Translations under genes and position numbers: made by a program
Assembly: GCA_963845425.1 (NCBI GenBank)
Contig: CAWJSC010000010.1
Location: forward strand, 451,968 to 515,967
DNA from: an uncultured Microthrixaceae bacterium
GTDB taxonomy: Bacteria; Actinomycetota; Acidimicrobiia; Acidimicrobiales; DATDAH01
DNA length: 64,000 nt
Reading direction: 5' to 3'
Notes under the pieces: model-generated
What the model was told of the DNA's origin: nothing
The model's database searches: none
The model's input: the letters and a program-made list of their open reading frames with translations, nothing else
Part shown: in pieces, positions 1-11,400 of the stretch
Layout of the letters: each line of letters starts with the position of its first letter
Position numbering within the stretch: position 1 is the first letter of the stretch

Positions 1-149
1 GCCAGGGGCATCAGGGCGACCACAGCCACGGTCTTGACGAGCGACGCGATCGAGTACTGGGAACCGCGGGTCAGGAGCCATCGTGAGGCGTCCGAGCCCG
101 CCGTGACCGGGCCCTCATCACCCGTCACGGCTGTCCGATTGAAGTCCAT
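1..149 (-). CDS. 5' end of a divergently transcribed membrane protein, possibly a Wzx/MurJ-like polysaccharide flippase; partial, runs off the window
   Basis: The minus-frame ATG at 149..147 (alternative GTG at 128) reads MDFNRTAVTGDEGPVTAGSDASRWLLTRGSQYSIASLVKTVAVVALMPLA and stays open to the window edge, ending in a hydrophobic helix. It is absent from the ORF track because there is no stop in the window. GC3 cannot separate it from the + frame because the two frames share third positions. Confidence 0.35.
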   Translation of the reverse strand, partial: MDFNRTAVTGDEGPVTAGSDASRWLLTRGSQYSIASLVKTVAVVALMPL

Positions 150-1179
150 GTCCGTCGCCGTCGCCGCGCTCGTGTCCGTCCCCGACGAGATCGCCGAGGA
201 GCCGACGGTCACCGTGGTCGTGCCCACCCTCGACGAGCGGCGGTTCATCCGGGATCTCCTCGACTCTCTCGACCGGCAGGACTACGGGAACGTCGTCCAG
301 GTGTTGGTGGTGGACGGTGGCTCGACCGACGGCACCCGGGAGATCGTCGAGCGTCACGGCGGGACCGTGGCGCTCGTCGACAACCCGGGGGTGACGGCGG
401 CGTCTGCCATGAACATCGGCATCACCCGGGCCCGAGGTGAGGTCATCGTCCGATTCGACGCCCACGCCCAGTACGCCGCCGACTACATCAGCCGCTGCGT
501 GCAGGTGCTCGGGGAGACGGGGGCTGTCAACGTCGGCGGGCCGATGCGACCGGTCGGCACCAACGCCTTCGGGCGGGCCGTCGCCACCGTCACCACCTCA
601 CCGATCGGGGTCGGCCCCGGTCGCTTCCACTACAGCGAGGACCGCGAAGAGGTCGACACGGTCTTCCTCGGCTGCTGGCGGCGGGAGGACCTCCAGCGCG
701 TCGGTGGCTTCGACCAGGACGCCATCCAGTGGGCGGCCGAGGACCACGAGCTGAACCTGCGCCTGCGCCAGCGGGGCGGCCGCATCGTGCTCGACCCCAC
801 CATCCGCTCGACCTACTTCCCCCGCGACACCCCCCGGGGGCTGGCCCAGCAGTACTTCAACTACGGCATGGGCAAGGCCTCGACGCTGAAGAAGCACCGG
901 CGGCTCCCCTCCCTGCGACCCCTCGCGCCCGCCGCCCTCGTCGCCCTCGCGGCGGCGAACCTCGTCGCCGCCCGGGGCCCGGCCCGGTTCACCGTGGTCG
1001 CCGCCCACACCGCGGCGGTCGGCGCCGCGTCACTCCACCTCGGTCGGGCTCGGGACACCGCCCCCCACCGGGTCGCCGCGGTCGTCGGGATCTGCCACTG
1101 GTCCTACGGCTTCGGCTTCTGGAACGGGATGTTCCGCGCCCTGCGGGGTCGGCCCTTCGACAGCCGCCGGAAGGTCTGA
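148..1179 (+). CDS. Family 2 glycosyltransferase with a C-terminal membrane segment
   Basis: The ORF is 34..1179. GT2 signature: TVVVPTLDERRFIRDLLDSLDRQDY...VLVVDGGSTDGT...RFDAHA...EDHELNLRL. ATG 148 sits about 20 aa before the VVVPT motif; TTG 34 is the alternative long form. Confidence 0.85.
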   Translation: MSVAVAALVSVPDEIAEEPTVTVVVPTLDERRFIRDLLDSLDRQDYGNVVQVLVVDGGSTDGTREIVERHGGTVALVDNPGVTAASAMNIGITRARGEVIVRFDAHAQYAADYISRCVQVLGETGAVNVGGPMRPVGTNAFGRAVATVTTSPIGVGPGRFHYSEDREEVDTVFLGCWRREDLQRVGGFDQDAIQWAAEDHELNLRLRQRGGRIVLDPTIRSTYFPRDTPRGLAQQYFNYGMGKASTLKKHRRLPSLRPLAPAALVALAAANLVAARGPARFTVVAAHTAAVGAASLHLGRARDTAPHRVAAVVGICHWSYGFGFWNGMFRALRGRPFDSRRKV

Positions 1180-1181
1180 CC

Positions 1182-2816
1182 GTGCCCCTCCCCGAGGCGG
1201 CCCGGATGGCCGAGTACTCGCGCAAGGGGCTCGAAGCCGGGCTGCGGACGATCGGTCAGGGCTCCGACCAACGTCAGGCCCGCCGGCTGGTGTCGGGCCT
1301 GACGGTGCGGCCCGCCGACGACGGTCCCCGCGTCCTCTTCCTGACACCCCGCGACTGGGCCCTGCACGTGCAACTCGAGGGCGTCCTGGCGACGGCCCTG
1401 CGCCAGCGCGGCGCCTCCGTGCGGTTCCTGCGCTGCGGTGGCGGCCTCGACATCTGTGACCGGGCCAACGTCCACGAGGCCCCGCCCATGCCGTGCCGCA
1501 GCTGCACGGCGTACGTGCGGCACTCCCTCGACGCGTTCGACCTCCCCCATGACACCCTCCGGGAGGGCTGGGAGGCCGAGGACCCCGGCCGCTGGGACGA
1601 GCTCGACGACCTGAGCCTCGACGAGCTGGCCGAGGTCACCGACGGGACCCTGGCCCTCGGTCACCTGATGGACATCCCCACCCGCTGGTTCCTGCTCTCG
1701 GCGCGACTCGGCCAGGACCCGCTGGGCCCGACGACGTTCCGGGCGTTCCTGACCACGGCCCGGCGCGTCGCGCTCGGGTTCCGGGCGGCCATCGACCGGT
1801 GGCGACCCGACACCGTGGTCATGCTCAACGGGCTCTTCGCCTTCGAGGCCGTCGCCCGGGCGATCTGCGAGGAGGAGGGCATCGACGTCGTCACCTACGA
1901 GCGGACCCACCGCGCCGAGTCCTTCGTGTTCGCCCGGAACGCGGCGGCGAACCGTTACGACCTCTCCGGCATCTGGCGTCGACGGCGGGATACGCCCCTC
2001 ACCCCCGACGAGGACGACGCTCTCGACGACTACCTCGACGGCCGCCGCCGCCAGGGGCACCCGCTCCTGGACATCTGGAGCGACGCGGTCGAGGAGCGCA
2101 TCGAGCGTCCGACCGCCGGACGCCTCGTGGCCCTGTTCACCAACGTGACCTGGGACTCCTCGGTGCTCGGCCGCGACCTGGGCTTCGAGTCGATGCACCA
2201 CTGGCTGGAGACCGTCGTCGCCTACTTCGCCGCCCATCCGGAGCACCGCCTGGTGATCCGGGCCCACCCCGCGGAGGCCAAGCGCCGCGGCAAGGAGAGC
2301 CGCGAGCCGGTGCTCGGCCACCTGCGGGAGCGGTTCCCGGTGCTCCCGGACAACATCCGGGTCATCGAGCCCGACGACCCGACCAGTTCCTATCCGATCA
2401 TGGCCGACGCCGACATCGGGCTGGTCTACACCTCCACGGTCGGCATCGAGATGAGCGTGATGGGCAAGCCGGTGATCCTGGGGGGCGTGTCCCACTACCG
2501 GGGCCTGGGCTTCACCCGCGATGCCACCTCCCCGCTCGACCTGCACCGCCGGCTCGACGAGACCCTGGCGGACCCGTCCCTCAGCGACGACGCGGTGACC
2601 CTCGCCCGCCGCTACGCCTACGCCTTCTTCTTCGACGCCCCGCTGCCCCTCCCGATGGTGGACGAGCCGATCCCGGGCCTCGCCCGCCTCACGGTCCGGG
2701 ACCCGGCCGAGCTCGCTCCGGGCCGCAGCGAGGAGCTCGACCGGGTGTGCGACGGCATCCTCGGCCTAGGTAGCGACCTGCAGAACCGGTACTTCCTCGC
2801 CCGCGACGCCGTCTGA
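1182..2816 (+). CDS. Capsule polysaccharide biosynthesis-like protein (KpsS/KpsC-type fold suspected) with a 4-Cys motif
   Basis: This is the 3' two-thirds of ORF 729..2816. The sensible start is GTG 1182 (overlapping the GT2 stop region) or ATG 1206 (MAEYSRKG). Motifs: CGGGLDICDRANVHEAPPMPCRSCTAY; LFTNVTWDSSVLG...RAHPAE...GLVYTSTVGIEMSVMGKPVI. Confidence 0.6.
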   Translation: MPLPEAARMAEYSRKGLEAGLRTIGQGSDQRQARRLVSGLTVRPADDGPRVLFLTPRDWALHVQLEGVLATALRQRGASVRFLRCGGGLDICDRANVHEAPPMPCRSCTAYVRHSLDAFDLPHDTLREGWEAEDPGRWDELDDLSLDELAEVTDGTLALGHLMDIPTRWFLLSARLGQDPLGPTTFRAFLTTARRVALGFRAAIDRWRPDTVVMLNGLFAFEAVARAICEEEGIDVVTYERTHRAESFVFARNAAANRYDLSGIWRRRRDTPLTPDEDDALDDYLDGRRRQGHPLLDIWSDAVEERIERPTAGRLVALFTNVTWDSSVLGRDLGFESMHHWLETVVAYFAAHPEHRLVIRAHPAEAKRRGKESREPVLGHLRERFPVLPDNIRVIEPDDPTSSYPIMADADIGLVYTSTVGIEMSVMGKPVILGGVSHYRGLGFTRDATSPLDLHRRLDETLADPSLSDDAVTLARRYAYAFFFDAPLPLPMVDEPIPGLARLTVRDPAELAPGRSEELDRVCDGILGLGSDLQNRYFLARDAV

Positions 2817-2820
2817 TCCG

Positions 2821-4155
2821 TCAGCGGCCGTCGCCGCCGATGACGCTGCGCAGGGTCCGGCCCACAATCCGCAGGTCGAGGCCCACGCTCTGACGCCGGA
2901 GGTAGAAGAACTCGTACTGGAGCTTCTCCAGGGCGTCCCGCTCGTCGCCGGCGTAGCCGTACTTCACCTGGGCCCAACCGGTGAGGCCGGGGCGCACCAG
3001 GTGCCGCATGCCGTAGAACGGGAGCTTCTCGCTGAGCTCCGCCACGTAGTGGGGCTGCTCGGGCCGGGGCCCGACCACCGACAGCTCGCCCCGGAGGATG
3101 TTGACCACCTGGGGCAGCTCGTCGAGGTGGCTGCGGCGCAGGACGTGACCGACGGGGGTGATGCGGGGATCGTCCTCGCCCGTCCATTCGTCGGGTAGGC
3201 CCTCGGGAGCCGGGCGCATGGTGCGGAACTTGAGGATCGAGAAGGTCTCGCCGTTCTTGCCCACCCGGGTCTGGCGGTACAGCAGCGGGCCCTGGTTGCC
3301 GACCTGGTTGGTCACCAGCACCACCGGGGTCACCAGGGCCAGCACGAGGGTCCCGGCGGCGCCCAGGGCCACGTCGACGACCCGCTTCACCCGGGTGTAC
3401 CGCTGCCGGTGGACCTCGCCGATGTCGAACATCATCGCCACCCGCTCCAGCTCGCCCACGGGCAGCTTGCCCAGCCACTCCTCGTAGAAGAGCGACAGGG
3501 TCCGGACCCGGATCCCGGCGGCGTGCAGGGCGGCGGCCTGGGCGACGACCGAGGGCTGGTCCTGAGCCGCCCGGTCGAGCACGAGGACGGTGGCGCCCTC
3601 GGCCTGGACCAGCTCGGCCAGCGGCCGGACCCCGGAGCCGCTCACCTCGGCCGCGGTCGGTTCCAACGTGGCCACCACCGCGGCGGCCGTCTCGGCGCCC
3701 CGGTCCAGCTCCACGCTCAGCTCGTGGCCGACGGCGGCGGCGTGCTCGGCCACGACCACCACCCGGTCGCGGCGCTCGTCGGAGGAGCGCCCGTCGAGGG
3801 CCAGGTTGACCGTGAGCAGGTACCAGGGGACCAGGAGCAGGGCGCTGCCGAAGACGACGAAGCGGGGCAGCAGGGCGTCGCCCACCAGGAGCTGGACGAC
3901 CGACATGCCCAGCGCCCCCGCGAGCGCGGCGGCCGCCGCGGAGATCACCGCAGTGCGGCGGTTCCGGGGGACGTCGGGCAGGCCGAGGCTGTAGGCGGCG
4001 ACCGCCAGGATGCCGATGTAGGCCAGGGACCAGGCGAAGCGCGAGGAGCCGCTGTAGTCGTAGGTGCCGAGTTGACTGGCGTGCAGCTTGCTCAGGCCGA
4101 TGACGGCGAGGGCGATCCCGCCGAACAGGGCTCCGGGCGCGAGTCGCGACAACAC
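2821..4155 (-). CDS. Polyprenyl-phosphate glycosyl-1-phosphate transferase (WbaP/bacterial sugar transferase family)
   Basis: C-terminal domain: [23 protein letters not shown]...[37 protein letters not shown]...[11 protein letters not shown]-terminal TM helices are present. The start is set at GTG 4155 because the longer ORF (to 4404) would overlap the uvrA 3' end. Confidence 0.88.
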   Translation of the reverse strand: MLSRLAPGALFGGIALAVIGLSKLHASQLGTYDYSGSSRFAWSLAYIGILAVAAYSLGLPDVPRNRRTAVISAAAAALAGALGMSVVQLLVGDALLPRFVVFGSALLLVPWYLLTVNLALDGRSSDERRDRVVVVAEHAAAVGHELSVELDRGAETAAAVVATLEPTAAEVSGSGVRPLAELVQAEGATVLVLDRAAQDQPSVVAQAAALHAAGIRVRTLSLFYEEWLGKLPVGELERVAMMFDIGEVHRQRYTRVKRVVDVALGAAGTLVLALVTPVVLVTNQVGNQGPLLYRQTRVGKNGETFSILKFRTMRPAPEGLPDEWTGEDDPRITPVGHVLRRSHLDELPQVVNILRGELSVVGPRPEQPHYVAELSEKLPFYGMRHLVRPGLTGWAQVKYGYAGDERDALEKLQYEFFYLRRQSVGLDLRIVGRTLRSVIGGDGR

Positions 4156-4186
4156 CCGGCTCCTGTCGGCCGGGACCGGCCCGGTT

Positions 4187-7054
<2,868 letters not shown>

Positions 7055-7110
7055 GCACCGACTCTACCGGCGCCCCCCTACCCGAACACGTGTTTGCCCC
7101 GGAGTGGGGT

Positions 7111-8778
7111 TCACCCCTCCTGGAGCGTGATGACCGTCCAGCTCGACCCGCGCGTGACCCGCTCGTCGCTGAGGACCGTCCACCCCGCAAGCGACTCCCG
7201 GTCCTGCACCGGGTCCCGGGTGGCCAGGACCACGTCCCGATCGGCCTCCGCCAGCCGCTCGAGCCAGATCGGCAATGCGGCGGACTCGACGTACAACCAG
7301 TCCTCCCCGGTGAGCACCTGGCGCCAGGCGAAGCGGGCCGCGGCGCCCGCGGTGGCGACGACCACGGGGTCATCCCGTTGCGCCCGAGCGGCCTCGACCC
7401 GGATCACGAACTCGTCGGTGGCCTCCTCGGTGGTGACCACGGCCCGTCCACCGGCCACGGCGAAGGCGAGGCTGGAGACCACCATCGCCCCGGCCAACAG
7501 CCGGCGGGTCGAGTGGCCCACGCCGGCCAGCGCGTCCCGGAGGCCGATGACGACCAACGGGACGATCAGGGTCAGCCCGATGGCGAAGTACCGGCCTCCC
7601 CACTCCCCTGAACCACCGGAGGCGTATTGCGTCGCCAGCACGGCGGCGGCGAAGAGCGCGACGGTGGCGGCCAGCCAGCGGCGCTCCGGGTCTCGACCGA
7701 CCGTGCCGCCCAGCGCGGCCAGACCCGCCGTGACGAGCGGCGCGGCGACGAGCAGGCCCGGGGTGACCTGTGGCTCCATGAGGGCCCGGGCGACCGCGCC
7801 GACCGTGGCCAGCCCGGCGAACAGGGCGATGCCCGAACGGTCCTCGGGCCGTCGTCGGGCGATCACGACCGCGGCCAGCAACGAGGCGACGGCGAGCACC
7901 GTGACGAGGTCCCCGGGACCCAGCGACCCGTACGACGGCAGGAACAGGGTGATGAACGCCGAGGTCAGCCGGCCGACGACATAGCCGGGCTGGCCCACGC
8001 CGGCCGCGCCCTCGGCGCCGATGCCGCCGGTGACGCCGGAGGACAGCCAGCCGTCCAGCTCGTGGCCGATGACCGTGCCCGCCAGGACCGCCACGGCCGC
8101 GGCCGCCGTCAGCCACCGCCGGGTGTGCCACGCCAGCCAACCCGTGGCCAGGAGCAGGGCCGCCCCCATCAGGACGGCCTCGTTGCGCAGCAGGACGGCG
8201 CCGGCCATGGCGGCGACGACGGCCAGGAGAGGCGCCCCGGCCTCCCGACGATGGACCCGGAGCACGGACAACGCGGCGCCGGCGACCAGGGCCGCGCCGA
8301 GGGTGTGGGCGATGACGACCCAACTGTCGACGAACAGCGGCGTGGCCAGGCCGGTCACCCACAGGGCCGCAGGGCCCAGGCCCGGGGAGAGGCGAGACGT
8401 CAGCTTCGCGGCGAGGAGCGCGGCGAGCAGCGTGCCGAGCACCGAGGTCAGGACCATCCCGGTCGGGCCGCCCCAGCCGTCGGCGAAGGCGAGGAGGACG
8501 GCATAGGACGGGTGCTTGGCGAAGGGCGCGGACGCGGGCTCGCCGCCGGGTCGGTCGACGGGGTTCGACTTCTCGAGGGGGAACGCCTCGTTCGCCGGGT
8601 CGAGGTCCGCCAAGGGGTGATCGAGGGACCAGCCCCGGCCGTCGCTCAGGAGCCGGGCTTGGGCCATCGCCGCCCCTTCGTCGGCGGAGAACTGGCCGGC
8701 CCGCCCGAGGAGGGGAACCAGCGCCAGCAGGACCAGCGCCAGGGCGAGGACGTGGGCCCACAGCGGGGCGCGGAGCAC
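7111..8778 (-). CDS. Polytopic membrane protein, GT-C-like glycosyltransferase candidate (paralog A)
   Basis: About 555 aa from GTG 8778 (ORF 7111..9051). It has many TM helices. The first loop reads FSADEGAAMAQARLLSDGRGW. The motif EWGGRYFAIGLTLIVPLVV is shared with the upstream paralog. The C-terminal domain is soluble. Confidence 0.7.
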   Translation of the reverse strand: MLRAPLWAHVLALALVLLALVPLLGRAGQFSADEGAAMAQARLLSDGRGWSLDHPLADLDPANEAFPLEKSNPVDRPGGEPASAPFAKHPSYAVLLAFADGWGGPTGMVLTSVLGTLLAALLAAKLTSRLSPGLGPAALWVTGLATPLFVDSWVVIAHTLGAALVAGAALSVLRVHRREAGAPLLAVVAAMAGAVLLRNEAVLMGAALLLATGWLAWHTRRWLTAAAAVAVLAGTVIGHELDGWLSSGVTGGIGAEGAAGVGQPGYVVGRLTSAFITLFLPSYGSLGPGDLVTVLAVASLLAAVVIARRRPEDRSGIALFAGLATVGAVARALMEPQVTPGLLVAAPLVTAGLAALGGTVGRDPERRWLAATVALFAAAVLATQYASGGSGEWGGRYFAIGLTLIVPLVVIGLRDALAGVGHSTRRLLAGAMVVSSLAFAVAGGRAVVTTEEATDEFVIRVEAARAQRDDPVVVATAGAAARFAWRQVLTGEDWLYVESAALPIWLERLAEADRDVVLATRDPVQDRESLAGWTVLSDERVTRGSSWTVITLQEG

Positions 8779-8812
8779 CCGGGTCGCGGTCGCCGCGGGC
8801 GGGGCGATGACG

Positions 8813-10486
8813 TCAGTCGCGGACAAGGACCTGCACCTGCAGATCGCCGCCGAGGGCCGCCAACGGCCACGCGTCGGTGAGGCGGTAGCCGACGATCGAC
8901 GGCGCGCCCAGGGGCGTACCGTCCGTCGGTGGTCGCCGGACGACGGCGATCGTCGGCGGGGCGACCTCCCGGGCGAGGGCGACGACCGCCTCGAGACTGG
9001 CGTCGTCGGCGGAGAGCCAGCGACGATCGTCGTACCAGGCCCCGAGCTCACGGCCGAGGTGGGGCAGGTTCGTCACCACCACGGCGTCGGCCGGCAGTGT
9101 GTCGAGGGCCTCACCCTGGTCGGCCACCACGTCGGTGCGGTGGATGTGCCATCCCAGGCCGAGGGCTCCGACGGCGATCGTGACCCCCAGGAGGACCCGC
9201 GCCGCGAGCCGGCGGCGAACCGGGCCCTCGAGGGCGACGGCGGCGAGCACGAGGAGCAGGAGGGTGGGCACCAACAGGTAGCGGCCGCCCCACTGCAGGA
9301 TGTGGCCGCCCTTCCACTGCACCGCCCAGACCAGGGGTACCGCCCCCAGAGCGGTCCCGAGCAGGACCCTGACGGGCGGGGTCCGGGTCACGGTGACCGC
9401 CAGGACGATGACGGGGACGGCAGCCAGCACGCCGGGCACGTTGGCCCAGCCGTCGAGCAGGCGGACGCCGTACAGGGCCACGACCAGGGCCGTGACGCCG
9501 CGGGTCGCAGCGGGCGAGAGGTGAAGGCGGCCCGCCAGGGCGAGGGTGAGGACGAGGAGGGTGGCCGCCAGGACGAGGGCGACCGCAATCCCGGTGGCGG
9601 TCTCGTCGGCCAGGAGCCCCGCGCCCGTGACCACGGCATCGGTGGCCCGTCGGCCCAGCTCGGACCCCGCGTCCAGTGCCCCCGAGGAGGCCCGGGCATC
9701 CCGCACCCCCGCGTCGAGGAGCCAACGCTCGAGGACGGCATTGGCCAGGAGGAGGCTCCCGGCGGCGAGCACCCCGGCTCCCAGCAGCCCCGGGCGTCGT
9801 GTCCACCGACGCCGGACCTCACCCACGCACAGGCAGGCGACGGCGAAGCTGATGACCGAGGCCCCGACCTCCGCCCGCAGCAGCAGCGCCGCCGCGAGGA
9901 GGGCGCCCGCCGCCGCAGCGCGTGCCGGCCGGTCGGCCTCCAGGGCGAGGGCGATCCCCCACAGGGCGAGCCCGGCCGCGGGCGCGTGCTCCCAGGCGTC
10001 CACGGCGTAGACGGCGAGGGGGGACGCCAAGCCGACGATCCAGAAGGCGATGTCCCCTCGGGCCCCGAGCTGCCGGGCGAGGTGGCGAGCCGCCAGCGCG
10101 GCGGCCACCCCGCCGGCCACCGACAGGAGCGTGACGCCGAGCGGCCCGGCGACGGCCCAGAGCCCGGCGGTGGTCGCGGCGTAGGGCAGGCTCGTGGCCT
10201 GGACCCAGCGGTCCCCGACCCGAACGGTGTTGGCCAGGGGATGGAACCATCCGTCGGGGTCGAAGTCCTCGGCCCAGTAGCCGACATCCGGGGACAGCGT
10301 TCGGCCCTCGGCCATGACCCGGGCCGTGGCGAGCTTCCCGCCGGAATCCGAGATCAGGCCCGCCCGGGCGTCGCCGAGGGCGACGATGGCGAGGTAGACG
10401 GCGACGAGCACGGCCGTCGCCACCGCAGGGCGACGGATCCAGGCCGAGGGATGGTCAGGCCGCGCGCGGGTTGGGCTCGGCAACAC
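8813..10486 (-). CDS. Polytopic membrane protein, GT-C-like glycosyltransferase candidate (paralog B)
   Basis: About 557 aa from GTG 10486 (ORF 8813..11083; the longer form would run antisense through the SDR gene). First loop: ISDSGGKLATARVMAEGRTL. Shared motif: QWGGRYLLVPTLLLLVLAA. Confidence 0.7.
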   Translation of the reverse strand: MLPSPTRARPDHPSAWIRRPAVATAVLVAVYLAIVALGDARAGLISDSGGKLATARVMAEGRTLSPDVGYWAEDFDPDGWFHPLANTVRVGDRWVQATSLPYAATTAGLWAVAGPLGVTLLSVAGGVAAALAARHLARQLGARGDIAFWIVGLASPLAVYAVDAWEHAPAAGLALWGIALALEADRPARAAAAGALLAAALLLRAEVGASVISFAVACLCVGEVRRRWTRRPGLLGAGVLAAGSLLLANAVLERWLLDAGVRDARASSGALDAGSELGRRATDAVVTGAGLLADETATGIAVALVLAATLLVLTLALAGRLHLSPAATRGVTALVVALYGVRLLDGWANVPGVLAAVPVIVLAVTVTRTPPVRVLLGTALGAVPLVWAVQWKGGHILQWGGRYLLVPTLLLLVLAAVALEGPVRRRLAARVLLGVTIAVGALGLGWHIHRTDVVADQGEALDTLPADAVVVTNLPHLGRELGAWYDDRRWLSADDASLEAVVALAREVAPPTIAVVRRPPTDGTPLGAPSIVGYRLTDAWPLAALGGDLQVQVLVRD

Positions 10487-10539
10487 CGGTATCCATCGGC
10501 AGGAGGCAGCGCGGCCCAAGGGCGGCGGGCCGGCGGGGG

Positions 10540-11400
10540 CTACGGGCCGGCGAGCCTCGCCATCACGGCGTGCTTGGCCCGGTCGGGCAGGAGGCGGCTG
10601 AGCGTGCCCGCCACCTTGGCGTCGGGGCCGACCAGGTACCGGTGCTTCGGTCGCTTGGCGAAGAGGGCGTGGGTCACGGCGTCGGCCACCTTGTCGGCGC
10701 CGACGCCCTTGGTCTCGCTCTCCGCGATGCCGTCCCGGATCGACTGCATGCCCTTGGCGTAGCGCTCGAAGGCCTCGGCGGGCAGTTCCCGCTCCAGACG
10801 CTCGGTGGTGGCCCGACCCTTCTCCCAGATGGCGGTCCTCACCGCCCCGGGCTCGACCACGGCGACCCCGATCCCCCACTCGGCCAGGTCGTGGCGCAGC
10901 GACTCGGCCAGGCCCTCGATGGCGAACTTGGAGGAGCAGTAGGGGCCCATGAGCGTCGTGCCCACCCGGCCGCTGATCGAGCCCACGAACACGATGCGTC
11001 CCCGGGCGGCGCGCAGGAGGGGCACCGTGGCCCGGGTCACCGACACCTGGCCGACCACGTTGACCTCGAGCTGGTTCCGCCATTCGTCCAAGGGCAGGTA
11101 CTCCAGCGGTCCGCCCAGGGCGATGCCCGCGTTGTTGACCACGCCGGCCAGGCCCGCGTCACCGACGTCGTCGGCGATGCGCTCGGCGACGGCGGCCACC
11201 TGGGCCTCGTCGGTGATGTCCAGGATGACCGGGGTCAGGTTCGCGCCGCTCAACGCTTCGCCGTCGGCCGGCTGGCGGACGCCGGCGTAGACCGGGTTGC
11301 CCCGCGCCGCCAGCGACCGGGCCACGGCCTCGCCGATGCCCGTCGACGCGCCGGTGACCAGGACCGCCCCCCGGGCCGCTCGGGCCCCCGCTTCACTCAT
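10540..11400 (-). CDS. Short-chain dehydrogenase/reductase (SDR)
   Basis: [22 protein letters not shown]...NNAG...YCSSKFAIE (TGxxxGxG and YxxxK). Its ATG overlaps the uvrB TGA (ATGA at 11397..11400). Confidence 0.9.
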   Translation of the reverse strand: MSEAGARAARGAVLVTGASTGIGEAVARSLAARGNPVYAGVRQPADGEALSGANLTPVILDITDEAQVAAVAERIADDVGDAGLAGVVNNAGIALGGPLEYLPLDEWRNQLEVNVVGQVSVTRATVPLLRAARGRIVFVGSISGRVGTTLMGPYCSSKFAIEGLAESLRHDLAEWGIGVAVVEPGAVRTAIWEKGRATTERLERELPAEAFERYAKGMQSIRDGIAESETKGVGADKVADAVTHALFAKRPKHRYLVGPDAKVAGTLSRLLPDRAKHAVMARLAGP

